Assembly: GCA_002784625.1 (NCBI GenBank)
Contig: PFLP01000005.1
Coordinates: 1 to 63,443, forward strand
Reading direction: 5' to 3'
DNA from: Candidatus Pacebacteria bacterium CG_4_10_14_0_8_um_filter_42_14
Lineage (GTDB): Bacteria > Patescibacteriota > Microgenomatia > UBA1400 > PJMF01
Length of the DNA stretch: 63,443 bases
Part shown: one piece after another, positions 11,156-20,946 of the stretch
Numbering within the stretch: the stretch's first letter is position 1
Layout: each line of letters starts with the position of its first letter
Program-made: the position numbers and the translations under genes
Notes under the pieces: model-generated
What the model saw: the letters and a program-made list of their open reading frames with translations, nothing else
What the model was told of the DNA's origin: nothing
Database searches by the model: none

Positions 11156-12199
11156 ATGGACACCGCTATGCTTTTACGTAAACTCAGACAAGACGAACGA
11201 GAGATTTACAATAAAGTCATTGAGCATCCATTACAAACGTGGGAATGGGGAGAGTTTCGCAAAAATACTGGAGTCGAGATAGAGCGTGTCGGTTTATTCG
11301 ACAATGGCAAACTGCAACGAGCTTTTCAAGTCAGTTTTCACACCATTCCGTTCATCAACCGCACGATTGGCTATCTCCCAAAAAGCTACCTTCCTGACGA
11401 TTTACAACTTAGCAGTTTGCAACAAATCGCTAAAGAACATAATGCTGTTGCTATAAAGCTTGAGCCCAATGTTGCTCAACCTATTTCTGACAAAAGCGCT
11501 CACTGGAAAATAGCCGAGTTTCTCTTAAAGCATGGAGCAGTTGCGGGCAGACCCTTGTTCACGAAGTACTCATTCAGCATCGACCTCACCAGAACCGATG
11601 ACGAGCTTTTTGCCAAATTATCAAATAAAACTAGATACAATGTTAATCTAGCCGTAAAAAAAGGTGTCAAAATCGAGGAGAGAACCTCTGAGGCAGGCAT
11701 GCAAGAATATCTTGAAATACTCGCCGAAACAACAAAGCGCCAAGGCTTTTACGCCCACTCACCCAGTTACTTTTCAAAGATGTGGGAGGCCCTAAAAGAT
11801 TCCGGAATGATTAGAATTTTTGCCGCAGTTTATGAAGGCAAAACACTAGCTTCCTGGATTATGTTCGTACAAAACAAGGTTCTTTACTATCCATACGGAG
11901 CTTCAAGGAGTATTCACAGAGATGTCATGGCTAGCAACCTCATGCTTTGGGAGATGATTCTCTTTGGAAAATCCGTTGGTTGCACTTCCTTTGACCTTTG
12001 GGGCTCACTTGGACCCGATCCAGACAAAAAACATCCTTGGTATGGTTTTCACCGATTTAAAAAGGGCTATGGCGGCACCCTGGTTGAGTTCGTCGGCACC
12101 TATGACCTCGTCATCGATCCACTCTGGTATAAAATCTTTCGCACAGGTGATACTATCAGATGGAAATTATTGCGAATGAAAGCAAAGTTAGGAATATAA
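11156..12199 (+). CDS. FemAB-family peptidoglycan interpeptide-bridge aminoacyltransferase
   Basis: 347 aa, with QTWEWGEFR near the N-terminus and overall FemAB-like length and pattern. An alternative in-frame ATG is at 11168. Confidence 0.7.
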   Translation: MDTAMLLRKLRQDEREIYNKVIEHPLQTWEWGEFRKNTGVEIERVGLFDNGKLQRAFQVSFHTIPFINRTIGYLPKSYLPDDLQLSSLQQIAKEHNAVAIKLEPNVAQPISDKSAHWKIAEFLLKHGAVAGRPLFTKYSFSIDLTRTDDELFAKLSNKTRYNVNLAVKKGVKIEERTSEAGMQEYLEILAETTKRQGFYAHSPSYFSKMWEALKDSGMIRIFAAVYEGKTLASWIMFVQNKVLYYPYGASRSIHRDVMASNLMLWEMILFGKSVGCTSFDLWGSLGPDPDKKHPWYGFHRFKKGYGGTLVEFVGTYDLVIDPLWYKIFRTGDTIRWKLLRMKAKLGI

Positions 12200-12213
12200 A
12201 CAAGAAAGGGCCT

Positions 12214-12957
12214 ATGTCTGCGACACGTTTTAAGAGGATTTTACTTAAAGTAGGTGGAGAATCCCTAATAGGTGATCGCTCTTACGGCATCGACCCCGTC
12301 TCCGCTTTAAACGTCGCCGAACAAATCAAAGAGGTTTACATAAAGCATGTCCAGATCGCCATCGTCATCGGCGGAGGAAATATTTTCAGAGGCATTGCTG
12401 GATCTCAGAATGGTATTGAGAGAGCAACTGCTGATTACATGGGCATGTTGGCTACAGTCATGAACGCCCTCGCACTTCAAGATGCATTGGAAAAAACAGG
12501 AGTACCTTGTCGAGTACAATCAGCACTTCAAATGCCGGCAGTGGCAGAAAGCTTCATTCGTAGGAAAGCCATTCGCCACATGGAAAAAGGCAGAGTTGTC
12601 ATTCTTGCAGCGGGTACAGGTGTTCCTTACGTCACCACTGACACTGGTGCAGCCCTTCATGCCCTCGAGCTCAAGTGCGATGTTCTCATGAAAGCAACTA
12701 AGGTCGACGGCATCTACGAAAACGATCCTGAAAAAAACCCATCTGCAAGAAGATATAGCAAAATGAATTTCACCGAAGTTATCATGCGAGATGGAATAGA
12801 TATTATGGATACAGCTGCTCTTGCCATGGCCAAAGATAACGACATGCCAATAATGGTCTTTGAGCTTTTCAAAAAACATAATCTTGTCAAAGCAGTCGAT
12901 GGAGAAGACATCGGCACATTTGTTAGTAATGATGTAAAAACTGAATTTTCAAAATAA
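12214..12957 (+). CDS. pyrH: UMP kinase
   Basis: KRILLKVGGE, IVIGGGNIFRG, MLATVMNALALQDAL and ILAAGTG. I prefer ATG 12214 over the ORF-track start at 12160. Confidence 0.92.
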   Translation: MSATRFKRILLKVGGESLIGDRSYGIDPVSALNVAEQIKEVYIKHVQIAIVIGGGNIFRGIAGSQNGIERATADYMGMLATVMNALALQDALEKTGVPCRVQSALQMPAVAESFIRRKAIRHMEKGRVVILAAGTGVPYVTTDTGAALHALELKCDVLMKATKVDGIYENDPEKNPSARRYSKMNFTEVIMRDGIDIMDTAALAMAKDNDMPIMVFELFKKHNLVKAVDGEDIGTFVSNDVKTEFSK

Positions 12958-12966
12958 GGAGAAAAT

Positions 12967-14016
12967 ATGCCTGCTCAAAAAACATTCGGTATAAACGGCT
13001 TCGGTCGAATTGGTAGAACCGCCTTTCGTGTTTGGTGGCTGTATCATCGCCAAGAAATGGACCTTAAAGTCATCAATACTTCCGGATCCATGCCACTTGC
13101 CGACTGGGTGCATTTAATTAAATATGACTCGAACTATGGTCAATTTTTAGAGCAAATCGACATCGAGGTTCATCAATCTAATAAAGAAACCAGCGATGAA
13201 GATCCAGTGCTTGGAACCATAATCATTGGAGGACGATCTATCGTTGTTACAGCCCAACGAAATCCAGAAAAAATTCCTTGGGGGGTTAATGACGTTCATA
13301 CCGTGATTGAATCAACTGGTGTCTTTACTTCAGAAGAAAAGGCTATGACTCATATTAGCGGTGGCGCAAAATCAGTTGTTATTTCTGCTCCTGGAAAAGG
13401 AGGAAATATTGGCACCAGTGTGATCGGAGTCAACAAATTCAATACTGAGCAAAAAATTCATTCTAATGCCTCGTGCACGACAAACTGTGTCGCCCCTATC
13501 GCACAAATAATGCATGAGAAATTTATTGTCAAACAGGCTTTGCTGACGACGATTCATTCTTACACAGATGATCAGAACACTCAGGATAACTCTCACAAAG
13601 ATCTTCGTAGAGCCAGAACGGCAGCTCAAAACATTATTCCTACGACAACGGGAGCAGCTATCGCCACCACGGAAATTATTCCCGAATTGGCCGGTCTTTT
13701 TGATGGTCTTGCAGTTCGAGTGCCGACGCCAGTTGGCTCGCTTTCTGACATAACTTTCTTAGTCGAAAAAGCTACAAGTAAAGAAGAAGTCAATGAAGTT
13801 TTCCTTCAAGCCAGCCAAGCTGATCGCTGGCGTGGAATTTTAGCTGTCACCATGGAACCACTGGTATCTTCAGACATCGTTGGCCGCAGAGAATCTTCAA
13901 TTGTCGATCTCGACCTAACTTACGTCGTCGGTGGCACCTTGATAAAAGTCATCAGCTGGTATGACAACGAGTTCGGTTACTGCAATCGATTAGTCGAGCA
14001 AGTTATGAATACCTAG
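12967..14016 (+). CDS. gap: glyceraldehyde-3-phosphate dehydrogenase
   Basis: INGFGRIGR, catalytic SNASCTTNC and WYDNEFGY. AAGGAG SD 7 nt upstream. Confidence 0.95.
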   Translation: MPAQKTFGINGFGRIGRTAFRVWWLYHRQEMDLKVINTSGSMPLADWVHLIKYDSNYGQFLEQIDIEVHQSNKETSDEDPVLGTIIIGGRSIVVTAQRNPEKIPWGVNDVHTVIESTGVFTSEEKAMTHISGGAKSVVISAPGKGGNIGTSVIGVNKFNTEQKIHSNASCTTNCVAPIAQIMHEKFIVKQALLTTIHSYTDDQNTQDNSHKDLRRARTAAQNIIPTTTGAAIATTEIIPELAGLFDGLAVRVPTPVGSLSDITFLVEKATSKEEVNEVFLQASQADRWRGILAVTMEPLVSSDIVGRRESSIVDLDLTYVVGGTLIKVISWYDNEFGYCNRLVEQVMNT

Positions 14017-14040
14017 CGTTCTACGCTTCATGTAAGTTTA

Positions 14041-14059
14041 GACCCCTAAAATAGGGGTC
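14041..14059 (+). terminator. hairpin after gap (gacccct-aaaat-aggggtc), no U tract
   Basis: Perfect 7-bp stem seen directly. It abuts the GTG start of the next gene, so a terminator role is uncertain. Confidence 0.3.
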
Positions 14060-15571
14060 GTGCTCTCACGTGTTTTCAGCGCTACTCTCGTTGGTTTAGA
14101 ACCAGTTCTCATCGAAGTCGAGGTCGATACCACTCAGGGAGTACCAAATTTCGTGCTCATTGGCTTACCCAGCAAAGCAGTTGATGAAGCTAAGGAAAGG
14201 GTTACCGCGGCCTTGGTCAATTGTGGAATCAGAATCAGATCAAAAAGAACGGTGGTGAATCTGGCACCAGCTGATCTCCAAAAAAAGGGCAGTGGTTTAG
14301 AGCTAGCAATCGCCGTTGGTTTACTAAAAATGTATGGCGAGATTGTTGAAGAAACTGATAAGACTCTCTTCTTTGGGGAACTCTCACTAGATGGCCAGCT
14401 CAAACCAATTAGAGGCGCATTGACTCTGGTTCTTTCCGCCCAAAAATTTGGATTCACAAGGGTGGTTTTGCCGAGTGCAAATTCGGAAGAAGTCTCATTC
14501 ATAAGTGGAATTGAGATTATTGCCATAGATTCGTTAGCTGAATACATTTTACTGTCAAAAGAAAAACGACCATGGCCGAAACTTGAGTTTAAAAAAATAA
14601 ATCTTCTCAACCAAAAAAACAATATTTCACCACAGTGGCAAGCTATTTTAGGGCAGGAACAAGCTAAAAGAGCTCTAACAATTGCTATCGCTGGAGGGCA
14701 CAATATTCACCTAGTTGGTCCACCTGGAGCTGGAAAAAGTATGCTTGCTAAGGCGGCTGCAGAACTGCAGCCGCCACTCTCAGAAGCTGAAGCGATAGCC
14801 ATCACCCAAATTCATTCAGTTGCTGGTCTGGTAAATAACAAAATTATCTCAAGAAGACCTTTTCGCTCTCCTCACCACTCCAGCTCTACTGTGGGATTAA
14901 TAGGTGGAAGCTCAAGTTTGCTTCCTGGTGAAATTTCTTTAGCCCATTCAGGCATTTTGTTCCTAGATGAACTTCCAGAATTTTCGCGCTCAGCTCTCGA
15001 GTCACTACGCCAACCACTTGAGTCGGGTGAAGTGACAATCACTAGGGCAGTGGGAACGGCTACTTATCCGGCCAACTTCACCCTTATCGCTGCTTCTAAT
15101 CCTTGCCCGTGTGGGTTTTGGGGAACTCATAAACAGTGTACTTGCACCCCACCAGTCAGACAAAGGTATATTCGAAAGTTATCAGGACCACTTTTAGATC
15201 GAATTGACCTACATGTTAGAGTTGAGGCAGTAAAAACTCGGGCGCTTGCCAAAGAAGTCACAGCTGAAGACAATTCGATTGAATTAGTTAGAAACTCAAT
15301 TATTAAGGCAAGACAATGGCAATCTGACCGATTAGCTGGCACCAACTTCAGAACAAACGGTGATCTAGATGGCACCTCTGCTCGAAAGACCTGCCAGACA
15401 ACAAGTGAAGCTGGAGCACTTTTGACCAAAGCGGCTGAATCGTTAAGACTCTCAGCTCGCGGTTATTTTAAAACACTTAAAGTCGCTCGCACCATCGCTG
15501 ATTTAGACGAAAGTGAAATTGTCGAATCCAAACACATCACTGAAGCCCTTCAATACCGAGCGGAGATCTAG
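14060..15571 (+). CDS. YifB/ComM-family Mg-chelatase-like AAA+ protein
   Basis: N-terminal Lon-like domain, Walker A GPPGAGKSM, GILFLDELPEF, and Cys cluster CPCGFWGTHKQCTC. GTG start. Confidence 0.9.
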   Translation: MLSRVFSATLVGLEPVLIEVEVDTTQGVPNFVLIGLPSKAVDEAKERVTAALVNCGIRIRSKRTVVNLAPADLQKKGSGLELAIAVGLLKMYGEIVEETDKTLFFGELSLDGQLKPIRGALTLVLSAQKFGFTRVVLPSANSEEVSFISGIEIIAIDSLAEYILLSKEKRPWPKLEFKKINLLNQKNNISPQWQAILGQEQAKRALTIAIAGGHNIHLVGPPGAGKSMLAKAAAELQPPLSEAEAIAITQIHSVAGLVNNKIISRRPFRSPHHSSSTVGLIGGSSSLLPGEISLAHSGILFLDELPEFSRSALESLRQPLESGEVTITRAVGTATYPANFTLIAASNPCPCGFWGTHKQCTCTPPVRQRYIRKLSGPLLDRIDLHVRVEAVKTRALAKEVTAEDNSIELVRNSIIKARQWQSDRLAGTNFRTNGDLDGTSARKTCQTTSEAGALLTKAAESLRLSARGYFKTLKVARTIADLDESEIVESKHITEALQYRAEI

Positions 15572-15593
15572 GTAAGTGCTACACTTATAAAGA

Positions 15594-16160
15594 ATGATTG
15601 ATTATAAAGTTATTGCTGTGGTTGGTTTTATTGTCGTAGTTACGGGAGGTGTGACCATCTCTTCTTTTCTACTTTCTACCCGACCAACAAAAAATGAAGC
15701 TCTGTCAGCAACTCCTATTACAAATAATACTCAGGTTCTTGGTACTAAAAGCACGCCAGAAATTGAGGCTGACAAACTATACGGCTTGATTAACGGCTAC
15801 AGACGAGAACAGGGCAAGACAGTCCTCAAAGCGCACAAATCCTTGGAAATGAGCGCTCAATTTAAACTCTCTGACATGATCGCGAAAAAATATTGGCGCC
15901 ATGAAAATGCGGATAATCAAGAACCCTGGCCATTCTTTACCCAGGCTGGATATGCATATAGTAGAGCTGGAGAAAATCTGGCCTTTGGAACTACTTCTGC
16001 TTGGGCTACTTTACAGAAATGGCAGGAAAGCCCTTCACATAATGCTCAGCTTTTGGAAGAAGCTTACCGCGACATGGGACTTGCCATAGACTGCAACTCC
16101 TATGAAAATTATGCCGACAACACTTGCGTTGTAGTTCTACACTTAGCTACAAGTAGATAG
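15594..16160 (+). CDS. secreted or membrane-anchored CAP/SCP (YkwD-like) domain protein
   Basis: N-terminal TM helix followed by a CAP-like pattern (NGYRREQG...GENLAFG...W..SPSHNAQLL). Confidence 0.7.
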   Translation: MIDYKVIAVVGFIVVVTGGVTISSFLLSTRPTKNEALSATPITNNTQVLGTKSTPEIEADKLYGLINGYRREQGKTVLKAHKSLEMSAQFKLSDMIAKKYWRHENADNQEPWPFFTQAGYAYSRAGENLAFGTTSAWATLQKWQESPSHNAQLLEEAYRDMGLAIDCNSYENYADNTCVVVLHLATSR

Positions 16161-16161
16161 C

Positions 16162-16872
16162 CTATTTTTTACTGGTAATATCTGCGTGCCAGCTCTTAAG
16201 GAGTTTGCCAACTAAATCCTTACCACCGAGGCCGAGAGCTAGGCCTAAGCCAAGCGAAAGAGTGGAAACAAATCCAACAAATAGAATAAAGATAAATTCT
16301 TGTGCAATTCCAAGCTCAGAGAGAGCGATCAGAGCCACTAGGGTTACGACGGAATAACTAGCAACTTTACCCAAAGCCCTTGCACTTTTCGCATCGAGAC
16401 TCTTGAGAGTGCCTTTTACCAAGCTTTCAACCAATCCTGAGATAAGTACTCCAATAAACAAGACTAGAACTGCTGAAAAAACATGTGGTAAATACCCGAG
16501 AATTCTCTCAAGTAAAACAGACAGAGAAGTCAAACCCATGACACTAACCGATGTTTGGGCTACTACCAACATCACCAACCAATAGAGGATACTGCCTAGA
16601 ACGTCTTCGACTCTTTGACCAAGTTCAGCATTCTGCACAAAATGCTCTACAGGTGTATTTTTTAGAGCTGCAGAAAAACGTACTTTATCAAGAATCTTAA
16701 CCACCAATTTTCTAAGAGCACTAGCCAAAGCAATACCAACTAAGAAAATAACAATAGCCGCAACAAGCCGGGGTAAAAACATGGCGATGTCCGAAAACGA
16801 TTGAGATATAAATTGGCTGAGTGTGGTGTACATAGACCTCCTTATATTTTCATTATACCCATAAATGAACAA
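16162..16872 (-). CDS. membrane protein with conserved-TM-helix repeats (mechanosensitive-channel N-terminal type)
   Basis: Repeated segments of the type P+LVAAIVIFLVG..LA and LPHVFSAVLVLFIGVLISGLV. No MscS beta-domain is present. Confidence 0.55.
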   Translation of the reverse strand: MFIYGYNENIRRSMYTTLSQFISQSFSDIAMFLPRLVAAIVIFLVGIALASALRKLVVKILDKVRFSAALKNTPVEHFVQNAELGQRVEDVLGSILYWLVMLVVAQTSVSVMGLTSLSVLLERILGYLPHVFSAVLVLFIGVLISGLVESLVKGTLKSLDAKSARALGKVASYSVVTLVALIALSELGIAQEFIFILFVGFVSTLSLGLGLALGLGGKDLVGKLLKSWHADITSKK

Positions 16873-16880
16873 AAATGTAG

Positions 16881-17164
16881 ACTGTGCGACTCATAAGCCG
16901 GATTCTGTTTGAAACGATGATCTATCTATGCCCATGTCATTATCACCGAAAAAGGAAATGTGTCCATTATGGTGAAGGTCGTTGGTTGCAGCGGGGAGGA
17001 TTGCCCGTTTCACCCCCTCCAAAGGCGGGACTCGTCTCTGTTGCTCTAACTGTCGTTGTCACAAGTGACAACTCCCCTGCTTTCACAAGGCACCCTACAT
17101 TTTGCTGTCCGGACTTTCCTCTCTGAAACGTAAACGCCTCAGAGCCATCGCTCGGTCGCACAGT
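16881..17164 (-). ncRNA. rnpB: RNase P RNA (bacterial type, strongly reduced, ~284 nt)
   Basis: The minus strand reads ...cagaGAGGAAAGTCCGGACagc... (CR-I) and ...ACAGAATCCGGCTTATGAgtcgcacagt (CR-V). A 10-bp P1 pairs 17164-17155 with 16890-16881. Confidence 0.9.
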
Positions 17165-17172
17165 CTGGGGTA

Positions 17173-17181
17173 ATTATAGCA
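17173..17181 (-). promoter_or_regulatory. extended -10 promoter (TGcTATAAT) for rnpB
   Basis: The minus strand reads TGCTATAAT at 17181-17173. The P1 5' end at 17164 lies 8 nt after the -10. Confidence 0.5.
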
Positions 17182-17182
17182 T

Positions 17183-18190
17183 TTATGTTCGAAAGAAGGA
17201 TCCGTATACCGTCCTGATCACAATATAAAGTGGGATTGCCAACAGCGCTCCAACGACTCCGGCAAGCTGCAAGCCAATTAAGATAGAAATGATCGCAATT
17301 AAAGGATTAACATTAGCATTTTCTCTCATCACCTTAGGAACAATAACATTATTCTCTAGTTGCTGTACAAGAATGCAAAACAGCAAAGTAATGAGTGCCA
17401 AGACTGGACCAGATGTTATATATGCAATGGCTATAGCAGGCACGGCGGCAATAGTAGGGCCAATATTCGGCAAGATTTCTAAAAATCCGGCTAAAATGGC
17501 TAAAGGCAGAGCGTAAGGAATGCCAATAAGTAAGAAGCCCACGTAAGTAAAAGCCGCAATAACAAGCATTAAAACTACTTGGCCACGAACCCAGCCTCCA
17601 AGTTGCATCTCTATTGTATTTAAAAATTGTTCCGCCTTTTCAAAGTATTTTTTCTCAGACGTAAACCAGGCAATTTTTTTGTGTAACACTGGTCTTTCTA
17701 TCAGCATGAAGAAGGACAACACGAACAGCGTGAAGGTTGTAAAGATTCCAGCAAAAGTCGAGAGCACAACTCCCATCACGGTAAAAATAGAACTTCCAAC
17801 TTGATCTGCAATGTTAGAAATATCAGAGGCGGATAGACTAAAGTTAAGACGCGTCACATATTCCTGTAGCAACGGAATGTCAATCGCTTTTAGGAGGGCG
17901 TACAACTGAATAAGAAGAGGTGGTAGCACAAGCCCCACTAGCAAACTCAGAATAGTTATCATCAGAATGTAGGTAAAAACTATACTCAGCATTCTCGGCA
18001 ACTTAAGATATTTATGAAGTTTTTGCGCAACGGGGTTCAAAGCCACCATCAGAATAAATGCCAAAAACACCAATATCAAGATTGACTTAATCGAGAAAAG
18101 AAAATAGATACCAATAAGCATTCCGAAGATGAGAAAAACAGTGCTCCTGGCAACGGCTACTTCAGTTCGTTTAGAAAAAAGACTTAACAT
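17183..18190 (-). CDS. AI-2E family (PerM/YhhT-like) transporter
   Basis: 335 aa with about 8 TM helices and the family-typical C-terminal motif LEILPNIGPTIA...P. Confidence 0.8.
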   Translation of the reverse strand: MLSLFSKRTEVAVARSTVFLIFGMLIGIYFLFSIKSILILVFLAFILMVALNPVAQKLHKYLKLPRMLSIVFTYILMITILSLLVGLVLPPLLIQLYALLKAIDIPLLQEYVTRLNFSLSASDISNIADQVGSSIFTVMGVVLSTFAGIFTTFTLFVLSFFMLIERPVLHKKIAWFTSEKKYFEKAEQFLNTIEMQLGGWVRGQVVLMLVIAAFTYVGFLLIGIPYALPLAILAGFLEILPNIGPTIAAVPAIAIAYITSGPVLALITLLFCILVQQLENNVIVPKVMRENANVNPLIAIISILIGLQLAGVVGALLAIPLYIVIRTVYGSFFRT

Positions 18191-19140
18191 ATGGGTTCAG
18201 TATACATATTGAGAGCCTTTACGTCATCTGCCCACTCAACCTTGTCAATAGGCCTCCACCAAGTTCTCTGTCTTTTGGCATACTGCAGTTCGTTAACTGT
18301 CCAACTCCTAACGCACTCATCTGCAGTAATTTCTCCATCTAAGAAATTTCCTATATTCTCAAACCCTAGCGTGGTCTCAATTCCTGAAGCTAGAGATGGC
18401 TCTTTTCTGAGTTTTTCAACTTCTTCTATTGCTCCATTTTCAAAACGTCTTCTGACCCGATCTCCAATGTTTTGTTGCAGCTGCGATGACTCCCGACGAA
18501 TACCAATGATTTTATGGTTGTAGCTTTTGATTTTGGCAGCATCAGGTTTTTCACTATCTTTAGCGAAACCTTGTTCGATAGCTCTAACCAATCGTCGTGG
18601 ATTAGCTCTGTCCGACTCATTCATTCTCTCGAATCGCGCTGGGTCAACCTGGGAAAGCCAAACTTGTAATTCCTCCACTGATAATTCCTCAGCTTTTTCT
18701 CGCAACTCAGTGTTTGGCGGCACTCTCAGCCTATCTTCTGTTTGAAATAATTGCGTGTGATACAAACCAGTCCCACCCACAATAATCACAGAACGGTTTT
18801 TAATCTCAGAGCGATCGATCAATTTCAGAGCGAACTCTTGAAATTGACCCAAAGACCATTCTTCGCTGGCCGCTAAAATACCAACTCCATGAAGTCGAAC
18901 TAAGCCTTTTTCGAGAAATGGTAAATAACCGGGGAGATTTTTTTTGACAAATCCATCAGGAACATCTGCGCCTGAAAGAATAGGAATATCAGCGTAGACC
19001 TGGCGCGAATCAGCTGAAATAATATCTACTCCCGCACAAGCTTTTTTCTCAATCAAGCTCTCAGCCAGCTGAAACGCTGCCTCAGTCTTGCCCGTGGCTG
19101 TCTCACCAACTATTGAAATGATTGTCTTCTTCTTTTTCAT
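18184..19140 (-). CDS. miaA: tRNA dimethylallyltransferase
   Basis: P-loop GETATGKTE, DSRQVY and IVGGTGLY motifs. Confidence 0.9.
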   Translation of the reverse strand: MKKKKTIISIVGETATGKTEAAFQLAESLIEKKACAGVDIISADSRQVYADIPILSGADVPDGFVKKNLPGYLPFLEKGLVRLHGVGILAASEEWSLGQFQEFALKLIDRSEIKNRSVIIVGGTGLYHTQLFQTEDRLRVPPNTELREKAEELSVEELQVWLSQVDPARFERMNESDRANPRRLVRAIEQGFAKDSEKPDAAKIKSYNHKIIGIRRESSQLQQNIGDRVRRRFENGAIEEVEKLRKEPSLASGIETTLGFENIGNFLDGEITADECVRSWTVNELQYAKRQRTWWRPIDKVEWADDVKALNMYTEPIC

Positions 19141-20321
19141 TAGACTACGATTGGGCGGGTCGACAAGTTTCTTTTATTAATTAATTCATCAAGCAAATCC
19201 CAGCGCTGTTTTTTCACTTTATGAGGAATGTCGTCAGGGTAGATTCTCCAACTGGCCGTGCCGGGGCGGGGAGAGTACATGGCCACAAAGCCAATCAGCC
19301 AAGAAACCTCTTCCGCTAACTTCACGGTTTCCTGAAATTCTTCCTCCGTCTCTCCCGGAAACCCAACAATAATGTCTGTACCAATCACAATCTCACTATC
19401 TACAGCCCGAAGCTTTTTCACAATTTCCACGTATCTTTCGCGAGTATAGCCACGATTCATCCGATACAAAACGTCATTGCTGCCAGACTGAACTGGCAGA
19501 TGGACGTAGCGATCAATCTTCTTATTCCTGCCAATTTCTTCAATAAGTTCATCATGAAAATCCCAGGGGTTACTGGTCATAAAACGAATCATTTTTATCT
19601 CTTCAAAAGCTGAAATAGCCTGAAGTAGCTTTACGAAGGGAGGAGTCTCTTTTGGCTTTAAGTACTGCGATTGATTATCGGGGAGATCAGAGCGAGTAAA
19701 GCTCTCCCTCTCCATCATCAGCTTTCTAAAGCCAATGCCAACTTTCTCCAGCCCCCATGAGTTCACATTCATTCCTAATAAAGTAATCTCGGTAAATCCA
19801 CGCCAAACCAGATCTTTAACTTCATTCATAATTTCGTCAAATGATCGTGATTGCTCACGACCTCTGGAGTAGGGGACAATGCAAAAAGTACAAAAAGAAT
19901 TGCAGCCAGTGGAAATCGGCACCCAAGCATGTTTTTTATCCTTGCGAATGGCAGCACTGTTAAAACCAACTTCATTGATTGGTAAGATTTCATCCACTTG
20001 CGGCATCATTTCGTAAAGCTTGGTATTGCCGTAATGCGTCATGCAGCCAGTGAGAATAATCTTTGGTCGCTTCAAACCCAACTCACTGAAGTGCGTCACT
20101 ACGTTATACATGAAGCCCCGTGCCCTATCTTCAGCTCTCTGGCGAATAGCACAAGTATTCACGATCAGCTCATCGCAACTCTGCCAGGATTCGGCTTCTG
20201 TGTAACCACGAGCCTGGTAATCACCTGCAATGCGCTCGCTGTCTGACTTGTTGGACTGACAACCGAATGTGTGGATAAAGTATGTTTTTGGTTTCTGCAT
20301 GCTACTTGCGAAACCGAACAA
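19140..20321 (-). CDS. miaB: radical-SAM methylthiotransferase (MiaB-like), apparently without a TRAM domain
   Basis: MTTase N-domain FGCQSNKSDSE and radical SAM CNSFCTFCIVPYSRG. The ORF ends about 25 aa after the radical-SAM core. TAATG overlap with miaA. Confidence 0.8.
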   Translation of the reverse strand: MFGFASSMQKPKTYFIHTFGCQSNKSDSERIAGDYQARGYTEAESWQSCDELIVNTCAIRQRAEDRARGFMYNVVTHFSELGLKRPKIILTGCMTHYGNTKLYEMMPQVDEILPINEVGFNSAAIRKDKKHAWVPISTGCNSFCTFCIVPYSRGREQSRSFDEIMNEVKDLVWRGFTEITLLGMNVNSWGLEKVGIGFRKLMMERESFTRSDLPDNQSQYLKPKETPPFVKLLQAISAFEEIKMIRFMTSNPWDFHDELIEEIGRNKKIDRYVHLPVQSGSNDVLYRMNRGYTRERYVEIVKKLRAVDSEIVIGTDIIVGFPGETEEEFQETVKLAEEVSWLIGFVAMYSPRPGTASWRIYPDDIPHKVKKQRWDLLDELINKRNLSTRPIVV

Positions 20322-20946
20322 TTATTTCAAGAATAGCAATCATGCCCAAGGTTATAGCATAAAGTGGTTCACCAACGAGTGCCACGTGGACCATAATAAA
20401 AAACATGGCCAAATAGGTAAAGCGATGTAACACCTTCCACCACTTGCCCATGCGCTTAACTGAAAAATCATTAGATGTTAGCCAAAGTGGGAATAAAATC
20501 CCAAGTGCCACGTAACCTACAATATGATGGGATAGAAGATTTGGAGCAAATTGACTAAAATTAAACTTAGCAATGACTAGGGCGATCAGAGTAGTTGTAA
20601 AAAACTGGTGCAGATAAATACTGAGAAACATTAAGATTCCCAAGTGACGACGGAAAACCATTAAAACTACTCCTATGGGCTGGAGGAGGGGAATTTTTAA
20701 TCGTCTTATCAGGCTTGGCGCTAAAGTCGAAACATATAAGAGAAAGCCCAGGGTGCCAAATTTTTTGCCAACTTCATCAAGAAGAATCAGTGAGGGACCA
20801 TTGCCAGATTTATAGACAAGAACTGCCAACACGACTAAGGCAAAAATAAACCACTCCGCCATAGCAAAAAGAAGGGTAAATTGCGCCCTATGTTGTAAGA
20901 CATATTTTTGAACCGGCTGGATAAAAGTGGTTTTAATATCTGCCAT
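20302..20946 (-). CDS. ferric-reductase-like transmembrane protein (MsrQ/YedZ family)
   Basis: Six TM helices. FRRHLGILMF..LH and LTSNDFSVKRMGKWWKVLHRFTYLAMFFIMVH match the heme-binding His pattern of the family. Confidence 0.6.
   Translation of the reverse strand: MADIKTTFIQPVQKYVLQHRAQFTLLFAMAEWFIFALVVLAVLVYKSGNGPSLILLDEVGKKFGTLGFLLYVSTLAPSLIRRLKIPLLQPIGVVLMVFRRHLGILMFLSIYLHQFFTTTLIALVIAKFNFSQFAPNLLSHHIVGYVALGILFPLWLTSNDFSVKRMGKWWKVLHRFTYLAMFFIMVHVALVGEPLYAITLGMIAILEIIVRFRK

Noticed and set aside
14134-14703. 189-aa antisense ORF inside yifB/comM. Similar long shadow ORFs occur at 41106-41615 (in recG), 21612-22154 (in the 665-aa membrane gene) and 34815-35309 (in protein A).
   Set aside because: All sit opposite well-supported genes. 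Their composition is low-complexity and typical of antisense frames. None has a promoter, an SD or a recognisable domain.
16884-17161. ORFs 16884-17126 (+) and 16967-17161 (-)
   Set aside because: They fall inside the RNase P RNA gene, which explains the region fully.
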